64,000 nucleotides of DNA from NCBI GenBank assembly GCA_012842045.1, contig DUTP01000005.1:11332-75331 (forward strand). The letters run 5' to 3'. Shown piece after piece: positions 37,743 to 47,419 of the stretch; position 1 is the stretch's first letter; every line of letters starts with the position of its first letter. The DNA comes from Candidatus Dojkabacteria bacterium. Its GTDB lineage: Bacteria; Patescibacteriota; Dojkabacteria; SC72. A program made the position numbers and the translations under genes. The notes beneath the pieces were generated by a model. That model made no database searches. It saw only the letters and a program-made list of their open reading frames with translations, and was not told the DNA's origin.

Positions 37743-38999
37743 TTACAAGGAAAAATTCATTCTTTCCAAATAGCCTTCTGGAGCATCTTGCTTGTCCCAA
37801 TCCTCTATACCAAGGAGTTCCTCAAGACTTGCCTCTCCCTTTTCTCTTCTATCTTTCGCTGTTCTTATTAACAACTCTAATAGAAGGGCTTTTTCGAATT
37901 TCCCCCAGTGGTAGCCATCATAATAATGTCCAAAGAAAGACCTTTCATAAAAAGTAAACCATCGGCTAAGCCCTCTTTCAAGCTGAAGCTCTTCTGGATC
38001 CTTAACACCAAGATCAGCTGCTTTGTATAAGACAAAAAGCTTTGCAGCCTCAACCTGCTCTTTCTCTGTCCCTGCATATTTTCCTTTTGTTGAAGCAGTC
38101 TCTAAATCATCATCCTCGTTAATATGGGGTTCAGGCATATTTTCTTCAAGTAAAGATAATGCTTTTCCTAAGAAAAATAGTTCAGACCTATTTAAGTTAT
38201 TAAGAAGCTCTGGATTCTTAATAACTCCTGCATATTGACCTGCAACTCTTTTAGACCAAGATTCTGTATTTACTTCTTTATTTACTTCATTTATGAAAGT
38301 AGCATAGTCTTTTAACAGTCCAGGATATATATCATTGATTACTCTAAAACCTTCCCATCTTAGATAAGGAGATGCTTGCAAGTCACGCTCATTTCGATAT
38401 ATAGGAAGAATGTCTTCTTCCAATCTCTCCGAGATACTATCTCGCTTCTTAACGAGCTCTGGGTATATACTAAGCATTCTCTTAGTACTAAACCAATTAA
38501 TCCCAGAATTTTCTATAATCTCTTCTGCCCATTCTGGATGTTCATCTAAAATCCCTCCAATAGCTGCTGTAGTATCAGTAATACTATCTATTAATACTGG
38601 ATATAATTTATCCATATTGATAATAGTGTCTTCTAAACTTTTAAGTCTAGTAACATCTTCAAGTTGTTTCATCAATTCAGGTTGTGAGCCTTTGAGTATG
38701 TTTAGAATCCCAGGTTTCCACCCTGTTATTCTTTCTAAAGCTGGAGAAGTACACTCCTCTTCTTGATTCCAAGGCTCAAAAATCTCTGCTAATTCAGGAA
38801 AATTTTCCTTAATGTTTTCCTGTTGTTCTCGAAAAGTAGCAAGAGATGTCGTGAAATCATCAAGAGATCTTTCTTCTTGCTCTCCTGTAGGATCTCCTAC
38901 TACTATTAATCCTGAAAGAACCTCTTTAAGTTTTGCAGGTATCTCGTTTGAATCTTTTGATTCAGGGCTGGATAATTTCTCTAAAGCATTTGTTTCCAT
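37743..38999 (-). CDS. Hypothetical protein (418 aa), last gene of the co-directional MTase-REase block
   Basis: Soluble and acidic, no TM, no recognisable motif. Lies 90 bp downstream of the 245-aa ORF on the same strand. Confidence 0.4.
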   Translation of the reverse strand: METNALEKLSSPESKDSNEIPAKLKEVLSGLIVVGDPTGEQEERSLDDFTTSLATFREQQENIKENFPELAEIFEPWNQEEECTSPALERITGWKPGILNILKGSQPELMKQLEDVTRLKSLEDTIINMDKLYPVLIDSITDTTAAIGGILDEHPEWAEEIIENSGINWFSTKRMLSIYPELVKKRDSISERLEEDILPIYRNERDLQASPYLRWEGFRVINDIYPGLLKDYATFINEVNKEVNTESWSKRVAGQYAGVIKNPELLNNLNRSELFFLGKALSLLEENMPEPHINEDDDLETASTKGKYAGTEKEQVEAAKLFVLYKAADLGVKDPEELQLERGLSRWFTFYERSFFGHYYDGYHWGKFEKALLLELLIRTAKDRREKGEASLEELLGIEDWDKQDAPEGYLERMNFSL

Positions 39000-39089
39000 T
39001 GCTTTAAAAATAAAAATTTATTGTGGGGAGTATTCTATTGTAGCAAATATCAAGAGAGCAGGCAAGAGAAATTTCATTGGCAAAATCTA

Positions 39090-39827
39090 TTAATAAAAAT
39101 CATAAAACCACTCTATCTCACACCTAGGATATAGTTCTTTCATATCAAAGAGATTATTTAAATCTTCTATATTCTTTGCCTTAGATAATTTTTCTAAAAA
39201 GATTTTGTACTTCTCTTCCTTAATCTCCCATTCAGAATTAATAAATTGACCCCAAATAACAAGAATTTTTGTTTTAGGATCTCTAGTTCTCATATCTTTT
39301 AGGTATTCTTTTGGAAACAACCTCTTATACTCCTCCCTGTTATACAACCAACTACCTCCTTCTACATATTTAGCTTTGGGATATGTCTCTCTAACCTCCT
39401 CAAACATCTCTTTTAACTCAGCTAATCTTTTAGGTTTTTCACTTAAGGATAATGGTCCATTCTTACTCTTACCGTCATTGAGAAAATGTATCTTTACAAT
39501 ACCTTCTCCATTCTCATCTGCTACATACTTGTATCCAAAACAACCAAACCATTTTTTCTTTTTATCTGGATCTTGATAGTTTCGTATATGTAATTCATAT
39601 GCTACATCTACCATATTCTCTCCTTTTTCATACCTTTCTATTAGTTCTTTCCAATGTTTAGATTCTGGGTCAAAATCCCATGAATAGTTACCTATGAGGA
39701 AGAATATTGGTGTATATTTTTTAATAGATTCAATTATATCTATACCATCTATCTCACCTCTTTTAGAAGCATATTCAATAATCATGTGGAAGAGTTTTTT
39801 AGGATATAGTTCTTTTTTAGGTTGCAT
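39090..39827 (-). CDS. Hypothetical protein (245 aa) downstream of the restriction endonuclease
   Basis: Soluble. No recognisable motif. Same strand, 93 bp from the REase. Confidence 0.4.
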   Translation of the reverse strand: MQPKKELYPKKLFHMIIEYASKRGEIDGIDIIESIKKYTPIFFLIGNYSWDFDPESKHWKELIERYEKGENMVDVAYELHIRNYQDPDKKKKWFGCFGYKYVADENGEGIVKIHFLNDGKSKNGPLSLSEKPKRLAELKEMFEEVRETYPKAKYVEGGSWLYNREEYKRLFPKEYLKDMRTRDPKTKILVIWGQFINSEWEIKEEKYKIFLEKLSKAKNIEDLNNLFDMKELYPRCEIEWFYDFY

Positions 39828-39920
39828 TGAAAAATATATTTAAATCTTTACCTGGTGCGATTATATAACACCAGTAGAACTTATTTTACCATATTAGTAA
39901 TAGTGAGAACTAAAAGATTA

Positions 39921-40733
39921 CTACTTAATAACTTTATCGTAAAGATTATCAAACATCTTTTTTGTTTCGTTGCTTTCACTTAAGCTCGTCATATAATTAT
40001 TCAAGTCATCATAATTGATATTTGATAAAAACTCACTGAAAAATCTCTCTCCTCGTCGTATATTCGTAGATTCAGGAATATATGGATTGTTTTTCATTTT
40101 CTTATTATTAAAGAAAAATAAAATGGGTACTAAGCCATTTCTGTCTGTTATACCTAGCTCTTTTACTAAATATGCATATGTTTTGATAAATTTGCGGTTT
40201 ATATCGACAAATTTACCTGTATCGTGGTCATCATTATATTTGATTTCCAAATAATAATATGTACCTGTTGTTTTATTCTTAAATAATAGATCTATATCAT
40301 GCTTAAAAGTGTTTTGTTTTATATCAGTGTCTTCTAAAATACTTTGCTGTAATTTTGGGAACTCGGTAATACAATATCCTTCTGGCTCTAACTGACATTT
40401 ACTGATGTAGTTATCTATTCTACTTTCATTATTGTTTGAAAGCACAAAAGCACTACTCTTTTTGCCTGAATATTCAGCAACTATTTCATATTCTTCTTCG
40501 TTTTCAATAAGAAGTGACATTAGTTCTTCAATAAAATTACCTAATTGAATATTCATAGACTGCAGTATGCCACCAAAAATACGATAAGATTTCGGAATAA
40601 AATGTATTTTCTTTGTATGTTTATCATCAAGTTTCTTAATAGTTTCTTGACTACCCATTTTCATCAAGATATTTTTAACAACCTTGTTTATAAGTATTTT
40701 TACTTCATCGTTCATTTTTTTTGGAATATTCAT
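39921..40733 (-). CDS. Putative Type II restriction endonuclease (cognate to the adjacent MTase), PD-(D/E)xK-like
   Basis: Overlaps the MTase stop by 29 nt, the typical R-M arrangement. Candidate catalytic segment is HDIDLLF...YYYLEIKYNDD (D...ExK). At 270 aa it is close to R.HinfI (262 aa); homology was not tested. Confidence 0.5.
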   Translation of the reverse strand: MNIPKKMNDEVKILINKVVKNILMKMGSQETIKKLDDKHTKKIHFIPKSYRIFGGILQSMNIQLGNFIEELMSLLIENEEEYEIVAEYSGKKSSAFVLSNNNESRIDNYISKCQLEPEGYCITEFPKLQQSILEDTDIKQNTFKHDIDLLFKNKTTGTYYYLEIKYNDDHDTGKFVDINRKFIKTYAYLVKELGITDRNGLVPILFFFNNKKMKNNPYIPESTNIRRGERFFSEFLSNINYDDLNNYMTSLSESNETKKMFDNLYDKVIK

Positions 40734-41790
40734 ATCTTAAATTATTTATTGGTTTTAGTTTTTTACTTTTCTTAAAATAAAAATAATCCCAACCATTATT
40801 ATTTGTTCGATTGAGGTGTTTTGCCGACATCTTGTGAATCGATAAAACATCTTGTCCGTCATTAGCATAGCCGTCGCTTGTTAAAACTGCAATTTTGTCA
40901 CCTTTTTTGTTATAGAGTTGTTCACCAGTTTTCAAAAGCCCACTTTCTATTAATTGTTTTATACTAACTCTTGGTGGTTTAACTTCTAGTACTAAATTAT
41001 GAATGTCAGAATCATCAACCTTGACTTGTTTTATGCGCTTTTCGGCAGCCTTAATATATTTTTCCTCCATTTCAAAGCCGATATAATTACGGCCAAGTAG
41101 TTTTGCAACCGCACCAGTAGTTCCAGAGCCAAAAAATGGATCTAAAACAACATCATTTGGCTTGCTCGTAGAAAGAATTATTTTATAGAGTAGTTTTTCT
41201 GGCTTTTGTGTTGAATGTAGTTTCTTTCCGTTTCTATCTTTTAATCGTTCACCACCAATACAAATACCAATATCCCAGATGCTTTTATCCTGTTTACCAC
41301 CATTAAGGTGCTTCATCGTCTTGTAATTAAAAGTGTATTTTGATTTTTGATCTTTAGAGCACCAGAGTAAAGTTTCGTGAGAGTTTTGATATCTTGTACC
41401 ACTAAAATTTGGCACAGCATTAGGTTTTGACCAAACAATATCGTTAAGAATCCAAAAACCGAGATTCTGCATGATATAACCCAGACGATAGATATTTTGA
41501 AAAGAGCCAATCACCCAAATAGCTCCATCTGGCTTTAATATTCGTCTACACTCTCGTAGCCATTTTTCGCTAAAATCGTCGTACTCTTTATATGTATTAA
41601 ACTTATCCCATTTATCTTTAACACCATCAAATTTTGAACCATCTGTACGTAATAGTTCGCCTTCAGTTTGCATCCAATATGGTGGATCAGCAAAAATCAA
41701 GTTAATAGAATTGTCAGGGATTAGTGATAGGTTTGCTAGACAGTCACCAGCAATAATAGTGTTAATATATTTGCTTAAATTTTTACTCAT
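40705..41790 (-). CDS. Beta-class N6-adenine DNA methyltransferase, CcrM/M.HinfI family (GANTC-type), with a C-terminal extension domain
   Basis: Motif IV is IFADPPY near the N-terminus. Motif I is VLDPFFGSGTTGAVAKLLGRNYIGFE near aa 220-245 (beta-class order). Collinear strings match CcrM: WILNDIVW, HETLLW, HSTQKPEKLL. A ~110-aa C-terminal tail resembles the CcrM/HinfI non-catalytic domain. Confidence 0.9.
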   Translation of the reverse strand: MSKNLSKYINTIIAGDCLANLSLIPDNSINLIFADPPYWMQTEGELLRTDGSKFDGVKDKWDKFNTYKEYDDFSEKWLRECRRILKPDGAIWVIGSFQNIYRLGYIMQNLGFWILNDIVWSKPNAVPNFSGTRYQNSHETLLWCSKDQKSKYTFNYKTMKHLNGGKQDKSIWDIGICIGGERLKDRNGKKLHSTQKPEKLLYKIILSTSKPNDVVLDPFFGSGTTGAVAKLLGRNYIGFEMEEKYIKAAEKRIKQVKVDDSDIHNLVLEVKPPRVSIKQLIESGLLKTGEQLYNKKGDKIAVLTSDGYANDGQDVLSIHKMSAKHLNRTNNNGWDYFYFKKSKKLKPINNLRYEYSKKNER

Positions 41791-41932
41791 AGAACACCGT
41801 AATGATGTCTTATGTCGTGGGACAGAGTCGATATAAGACCTTATTATTGTATCATAACTTTTATTTTTAGAAAAGCGAAAACAAGACGATGTTACTACTC
41901 GTTTCTAATTCTCATCACTATTAATTAGGAGA

Positions 41933-42354
41933 TGGTGGAGACGATGGGAATTGAACCCATGTCCAAAAGTATCATCTAGTACCATATACAAACATATCTA
42001 ATCTTGTTTAGTAAGATATACCTAAAAGACTAGACAAAAAGTATATCCCCTCAGTTATACTTCTCAATCAACTACCCTACTGACCTGATAGAAGATCGTA
42101 CCCTAATAACGACTGTCTTAGATTCCTCATTAGGGAAAAGAATAAAAGACACTAACCAAAATCAATTAGTTAGACTGATGCAAAATTGTATGCATAGGCT
42201 GGAGCTGCAAATGCTGCTCTTAGTCCTGCGCTTACTTTATCTGCAAAAGCGACGATTTTGTTTTTTACACTTATCTTGTGTGTTAAGAATAACGAACTTA
42301 ACAAACGGTTTGTGATAACTAGAATCAAGCTTCTGTCGATAGCCTGACGTCCCC
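41933..42354 (-). ncRNA. ssrA: tmRNA (ssrA)
   Basis: 5' end GGGGACGUCAGGCUAUCGACAG... (conserved GGxUUCGAC block). 3' end ...GGACAUGGGUUCAAUUCCCAUCGUCUCCACCA is nearly identical to the E. coli tmRNA 3' end GGACGCGGGUUCAACUCCCGCCAGCUCCACCA. The acceptor stem includes the G3·U70 alanine identity pair. Internal tag ORF begins after ...AUCGUC: GCU UUU GCA GAU AAA ... GCA UCA GUC UAA CUA A. Confidence 0.85.
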
Positions 42355-42378
42355 ATATTGGTAAAGAACTACTCTATA

Positions 42379-42900
42379 TTATACCATTTCTGAGGGATTT
42401 TTTCTACTCAATGTTGTAAGAATTCTGTTTAAGAGCATAGCATACTCTTCTTCACTAACCTTACAATCAGAGTTCGCGGCAAAACCTGCATCTTTCCTAA
42501 TCATTTCATAGGTAACACCACCTCCTAAATCCTCCCTAAAACCTATTCTATCTATTCTTGTTTCTGCCAAATTCTTATTCGCAATCTCAACGGCTTTCGC
42601 TAAATTGTTACCTGTCTGTTCTATACGTTTAAGAGAATCTATATGGGAAAAAATGATAAAGGTTGTTACTATCTGTGCATGATCTAAATCTTCTGTTTCA
42701 ATGCCAAAGATTTTAAGATATTCTTTTTTTTGATCATCATACTTAGAACTAAAACTTGTAGCTCCCTCTCCCTTATAGTTCAAATTTTCGACTGACAACT
42801 CTACTCTCCTAATATCCTCTTCCGTTATCTCAGTTTTGAAGATTGCTTCTTTTTCAGTAGAATCCATTCCATGTGAACCACCTACCTTAAATATTTCCAT
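42379..42900 (-). CDS. Hypothetical protein (173 aa)
   Basis: Soluble. No recognisable motif. Lies between the paralog pair and the tmRNA on the same strand. Confidence 0.4.
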   Translation of the reverse strand: MEIFKVGGSHGMDSTEKEAIFKTEITEEDIRRVELSVENLNYKGEGATSFSSKYDDQKKEYLKIFGIETEDLDHAQIVTTFIIFSHIDSLKRIEQTGNNLAKAVEIANKNLAETRIDRIGFREDLGGGVTYEMIRKDAGFAANSDCKVSEEEYAMLLNRILTTLSRKNPSEMV

Positions 42901-42970
42901 AATTATAAATATAACAAATTAGTACTCTATTATACCATTTCTAGGTATTTCTACCATTCAAAACACACTT

Positions 42971-43780
42971 TTATTTTAAACTATGACCAAGAGACTTATT
43001 ACTTAGCGCTATTGTATTAAAAAGTATTATCGCATCCAAACCATCTAGGTTCTCTCCAGTCCAAACAATATTACCATCCTCTTTTTGTCTCTTTTCTAAT
43101 ACTACTTTTCCATCAACAAGAATATGATCATCCTGCACTTCTGCATCAATATCATGATATCTCTTGAAAGCTGCTAAAAGAAAAGGTTCCGATTCTTCAA
43201 GATATGGTAACTCAAAAGAATATGAAAGTATATTTGTTTTAACATCTTTCTTGCTATTCCCTATTTCCCATTTAATAATATTTGTCTCAACTATTTCTGA
43301 GCGTATTCCAGGTACATTAATTCCCACATGTTTAAGATACTCAACTAAGCATTCTTGAAAAAAGAGCGCTTGCCAAGCATGATATACATTATGTATATCT
43401 AATCTATCCATTCTTGCATTTAAGTGACGGGGTTCTCCTTCATGAGCATATATATACATCCACACACCATTTCCAGGGTGAGGCATCAATGATTTTAAGT
43501 AATAGGTGCCATTTTCATTCTCTCCCCACTCATCACGGCCATAATTCCCTTCAGGAAAATATCTTTCTTTAATCTTTTCAATTTCAAGTAAGCAATCTAA
43601 GTATTTATCTTTACTCAACTCCAAACCTTCTTCCAACCTTGGTGATAAACCTTTCCTACCTCCATACCACTCGATATCATATTCAACATGTTCATAGTTA
43701 CCCTTTCGGAATATAACATAAGGAATATCAAAATTCTCAAATATTGGCTCAGCAGAATCCTTTATATCTTTTGGATCCAT
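42971..43780 (-). CDS. Hypothetical protein, member A of a tandem paralog pair
   Basis: 269 aa. Shares collinear motifs with the adjacent 263-aa ORF: KERYFPEGNYGRDEW vs KDKYFPNGYQGQDEW; GIRSEIVETNI vs GIRSEVLGTDI; NILSYSFELPYLEESE vs NILSWSFKLPYFEGSE. Confidence 0.45.
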   Translation of the reverse strand: MDPKDIKDSAEPIFENFDIPYVIFRKGNYEHVEYDIEWYGGRKGLSPRLEEGLELSKDKYLDCLLEIEKIKERYFPEGNYGRDEWGENENGTYYLKSLMPHPGNGVWMYIYAHEGEPRHLNARMDRLDIHNVYHAWQALFFQECLVEYLKHVGINVPGIRSEIVETNIIKWEIGNSKKDVKTNILSYSFELPYLEESEPFLLAAFKRYHDIDAEVQDDHILVDGKVVLEKRQKEDGNIVWTGENLDGLDAIILFNTIALSNKSLGHSLK

Positions 43781-43839
43781 ATATATTTTTTAGTTTAGTT
43801 AAAAATAAAAAACAAGTCTAATATCTTATCCGGAATATT

Positions 43840-44631
43840 TCAATAACACCCCTTAGCAAGTTTCGTATTAGTATTTGCTATCATATTAAAATAGTTTATC
43901 ACTATATCAGGATCTGTAATATTCTCTACTACCCATATCTTCCTTCCTTGTTCATCTGACTTTACTTTAGGAATATTTTTATACCTACTCTCCATCAATT
44001 TATCGACAACAACATGCTCAGAACCTTCAAAATATGGAAGTTTAAAAGACCAAGAAAGGATATTCTTTCTAAATTCTACTACTCTACCATCAGCCTTTGT
44101 TTGCTCACTTATATCTGTACCAAGCACCTCAGAGCGAATACCCCAAGCACCTATACCTACATATCCTAGATATGTTAGTAAACATTCATAAAGAGCAAGA
44201 GCATGCTCTGGAGATTTGATACTACGTGGTATATCTACCAACCAATCACTTTCAAGTTCACTATTCTTTTCTCCTTCACGAGCAAATATACGCAGTTGTA
44301 ATCTCGTATCAGGATTTGGTATCACATTTAAACATGTTAAAGAATTAGTACCATCAAGATACCGTCTCCATTCATCTTGCCCTTGATACCCATTAGGAAA
44401 ATATTTATCTTTAACCAGTTCGATAGCAAAACGACATTCTTCAAGGCTTTCTATAGGTACTCCCAACCCTTCAGATAATTTATTAGTCAGAGCAGATTCA
44501 TGTCTTTGACCCCAAGTTATCCAATAGATGTTGTCTCCTTTAGATGTTCTCTGAGCAATATTAGGAATATCGACATCCAACATGATTCCTGGATCTTTCA
44601 TATCTACAATATCATGTTTCTCTATGTCCAT
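43840..44631 (-). CDS. Hypothetical protein, member B of a tandem paralog pair
   Basis: 263 aa. Paralogous to 42971..43780 (see motifs there). Neither has a TM or signal peptide. Confidence 0.45.
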   Translation of the reverse strand: MDIEKHDIVDMKDPGIMLDVDIPNIAQRTSKGDNIYWITWGQRHESALTNKLSEGLGVPIESLEECRFAIELVKDKYFPNGYQGQDEWRRYLDGTNSLTCLNVIPNPDTRLQLRIFAREGEKNSELESDWLVDIPRSIKSPEHALALYECLLTYLGYVGIGAWGIRSEVLGTDISEQTKADGRVVEFRKNILSWSFKLPYFEGSEHVVVDKLMESRYKNIPKVKSDEQGRKIWVVENITDPDIVINYFNMIANTNTKLAKGCY

Positions 44632-44723
44632 CAGTAGTATATTATAACATTTAATATAGGCTTACAGCAAGAAAGAAAATTTAGTTAAATCTAAACCAAA
44701 ACTTATGATAGAATGGAAAAGCT

Positions 44724-45500
44724 ATGAAATTACTAACTCAAAACATATATTGTGTAACTACATGGGATTCTAAGAAAGACACTCTCCTAAAAGCATACAA
44801 AGAGATTAATCCAGATATTCTTTGTTTACAAGAATTAATATGTGGAAAAACTAATAGTTCTGAAGAAGTAAATGATATTGAAAAAACACTAAATACTACT
44901 GGTTACTTCACAGACACATTCGAATACATGCCTAATCAAGGCATCTTTGTTAAAAACAAAGATGTTGATGTTATTCAAAAATTCAGATTAAACCATTCCA
45001 ACTTATACAAAGACGGAACCCTTGATAGTCATCCTAGAGTAGTAGTTGCAATGTTATTAGGTATAGAAGGAAAAGAGCTTCTAGTTATTAATCTACATTT
45101 ATCAAAATTCAAACATTTTAGATACCAAAACTGGGAAGAGGTAATGTTTTGGTTAAAGAAATCCGGATTAATAAAGAAAAATATTCTCGTAGTAGGAGAT
45201 TTTAATTCGTATGATAAAGATGATGTTCATAAAACTGTTGAGAAGAGCGGTTTTAAGAATGCTTGGGAAGAAGTGAATAAAGAGAAGTGTATTAGTTACA
45301 ACTCTTCTAAATGGTGGAGTAAAAACTATCCTAATCATCCTGTTAGTAAGATGGCTCATGAGAGAAAAATATCATGGGATGATAATTGTATAGACTTCAT
45401 ATTTTACAAAGGGAACATCAAGATAAATTCGGTAGAGTTATTAGATCTAGTTCCTGAAGGTACAGACCATAGAGGTTTGATATTGGATTTTAGTCTTTAA
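44724..45500 (+). CDS. Endonuclease/exonuclease/phosphatase (EEP) family hydrolase
   Basis: The EEP catalytic landmarks appear in order: LCLQE (Glu), VINLHL (His), VVGDFN (Asp/Asn), C-terminal GTDHRGLIL (Asp-His). No signal peptide. Confidence 0.7.
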   Translation: MKLLTQNIYCVTTWDSKKDTLLKAYKEINPDILCLQELICGKTNSSEEVNDIEKTLNTTGYFTDTFEYMPNQGIFVKNKDVDVIQKFRLNHSNLYKDGTLDSHPRVVVAMLLGIEGKELLVINLHLSKFKHFRYQNWEEVMFWLKKSGLIKKNILVVGDFNSYDKDDVHKTVEKSGFKNAWEEVNKEKCISYNSSKWWSKNYPNHPVSKMAHERKISWDDNCIDFIFYKGNIKINSVELLDLVPEGTDHRGLILDFSL

Positions 45501-46197
45501 TATATCTCCAATGCCAAGGTTCATACATAGTTCCAAACTCATTATCCTTAGGAAATGATTCTTTAAAACCAAATTTCTCTGCATTTTGTACAAGCCATTT
45601 GTATTCCTTAGTATCTTCAAAATATCTATCATCGTGTTCTTGAGGAACACCATCCTCTGTAATGAAATCTATAGCTACATTATCCGCAACACAATGTTCA
45701 CTATATCCAGGCATAGCAACTCTTTCTAATGTTTTTCCTACATCAAATTCATACATATTAAGATACCAAACAAGAAGGAAGAGCTGATATGCAGGAGAAC
45801 GATAACCAGATCTAACTAAAAGTTTCTTACCAATATCTTTAAACATAGCTCTATTCATTTTTTCATATGCCTTATACACCTTCCTTGGTAAATAGCTCTC
45901 CCCTATCTCGTGATACCCCTGTTCTTCAGTATCTGTCTCATATCTTTGTCCTCTTATCTCAACTAAATCTTTAGGTACATCTTGTATACCAAGATATTCA
46001 CCCTTAATACCATAGTCATGGGGATTTATTGTTAAAAGTTTCTTTAAAAATTTAATCTCTTTTCTATTAAGAAAACTGTAGACTGTATCTAAATCTGCTA
46101 TTGAGAACTTTTCTTTTTCTGTTTCTGTAATCTTTTTAAGAAGAGATTTAGTTAATTCTTTTTCTTCTTCTGTTATTGTAAATGGTTTTTGTTTCAT
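45490..46197 (-). CDS. D-alanyl-D-alanine carboxypeptidase, VanY / peptidase M15 family
   Basis: VRSGYRSPAYQ, GYSEHCVADNVAIDF and YEPWHWRY are the Zn-binding H-x6-D ... H and EPWHW motifs of LAS-type M15 peptidases. Confidence 0.8.
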   Translation of the reverse strand: MKQKPFTITEEEKELTKSLLKKITETEKEKFSIADLDTVYSFLNRKEIKFLKKLLTINPHDYGIKGEYLGIQDVPKDLVEIRGQRYETDTEEQGYHEIGESYLPRKVYKAYEKMNRAMFKDIGKKLLVRSGYRSPAYQLFLLVWYLNMYEFDVGKTLERVAMPGYSEHCVADNVAIDFITEDGVPQEHDDRYFEDTKEYKWLVQNAEKFGFKESFPKDNEFGTMYEPWHWRYIKD

Positions 46198-46217
46198 TTT
46201 TATTTATTTAATCTTTC

Positions 46218-46955
46218 CTACTTCCTCCTCCCATACTCCCACATACCAATGCTTGTAGCTACTGAAAGGTTTAAAGAATCAATTTCATCTGAATGAGGAA
46301 TGTATATACTCTCACCATTTCTCTTCTCCATTGTTTTGTAACTATCATCTAACCCCCTACCCTCATTACCTTGTATAAAAGAGAATGGTTCTTTGAATTC
46401 AACCTCTAGAATATTCTTTGCACCATCTAACATGAAAGGATACATATTATGCCCCTTGTAAGCCTCTGTATATGCCCTAATTGAGTCGAAATATCTAAAA
46501 TAGACTCTAAACAATGCTCCCATTGTAGACCTAACAACCATAGGGTCAAAAATATCAACACCTGGTTTAATTATTGCAAGATTCTTAAACCCAAAACCAA
46601 CCATAGTTCTAATAATCGTACCTAAATTACCAGTATTACTAGGATTAACTAAAACAATATGATTCTTTTCACTCTCTAAAACCTCTTCATACTTCTCAAA
46701 TATACCTACCACATACGTATTCTCCTTGTATGCAATCCTATCAATTAACTTATCATTCTCCTCAAAAGGAATATTCTCTCTCTTACAAATATCTAATATT
46801 TCAGAAATACCATCACTTTTTAAGCCTTCTTTTTTAACTAAAACCTTTAAAACTTTTTCCTTTTGGAATTTCAAAAGATCTAATACAGGATATGCTCCAA
46901 AAGCATATGAAAAATCAAATTTCTTTTGATATCTTTTTAATTTTGGTAGTTGCAT
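46218..46955 (-). CDS. SpoU/TrmH-family RNA 2'-O-methyltransferase
   Basis: VLVNPSNTGNLGTIIRTMVGFGF and IPHSDEIDSLNLSVATSIGMWE are SPOUT class motifs. ~245 aa. Confidence 0.8.
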   Translation of the reverse strand: MQLPKLKRYQKKFDFSYAFGAYPVLDLLKFQKEKVLKVLVKKEGLKSDGISEILDICKRENIPFEENDKLIDRIAYKENTYVVGIFEKYEEVLESEKNHIVLVNPSNTGNLGTIIRTMVGFGFKNLAIIKPGVDIFDPMVVRSTMGALFRVYFRYFDSIRAYTEAYKGHNMYPFMLDGAKNILEVEFKEPFSFIQGNEGRGLDDSYKTMEKRNGESIYIPHSDEIDSLNLSVATSIGMWEYGRRK

Positions 46956-46956
46956 A

Positions 46957-47367
46957 TTACTTTTTACCTTTCTTACCTATTATCTCATTTCTAAGTTCAT
47001 TTGCATAACCAAAAAGAAGAGAGATATATGCAAATATTTGAGTGAAAATACCGTGTATAGAATTATTTGTAGTGAAATGGAATATTGCAATTAATGAAAA
47101 AAGTAGTCCAAATATATTCCAATATGTGAAATCATTAAATATCCACGATTTTGTAAATGGTTTGTTATCTTTTTTAAGAAATATTCCTAAAAAGATAGAG
47201 AATATTAAAAGAAGAGATGGAAGTAATATGCTTGTATATGTTATTTCTTTATGAAAAATCTCTTTTAAATCTAGTATTTTAGGAAGGAAAAGGAACAAGA
47301 TTAATGAAATTGTTAGTACAGAGATTTGTATAGTCCAATGTGTTTTATCTATTTTTTGTTTTTTCAT
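46957..47367 (-). CDS. Hypothetical polytopic membrane protein
   Basis: Four hydrophobic helices. No motif recognised. Confidence 0.35.
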   Translation of the reverse strand: MKKQKIDKTHWTIQISVLTISLILFLFLPKILDLKEIFHKEITYTSILLPSLLLIFSIFLGIFLKKDNKPFTKSWIFNDFTYWNIFGLLFSLIAIFHFTTNNSIHGIFTQIFAYISLLFGYANELRNEIIGKKGKK

Positions 47368-47419
47368 CTATTCCTCCCCCTCTTTGATTATATTCTCTTT
47401 CCTACATTTTTAACAATAT

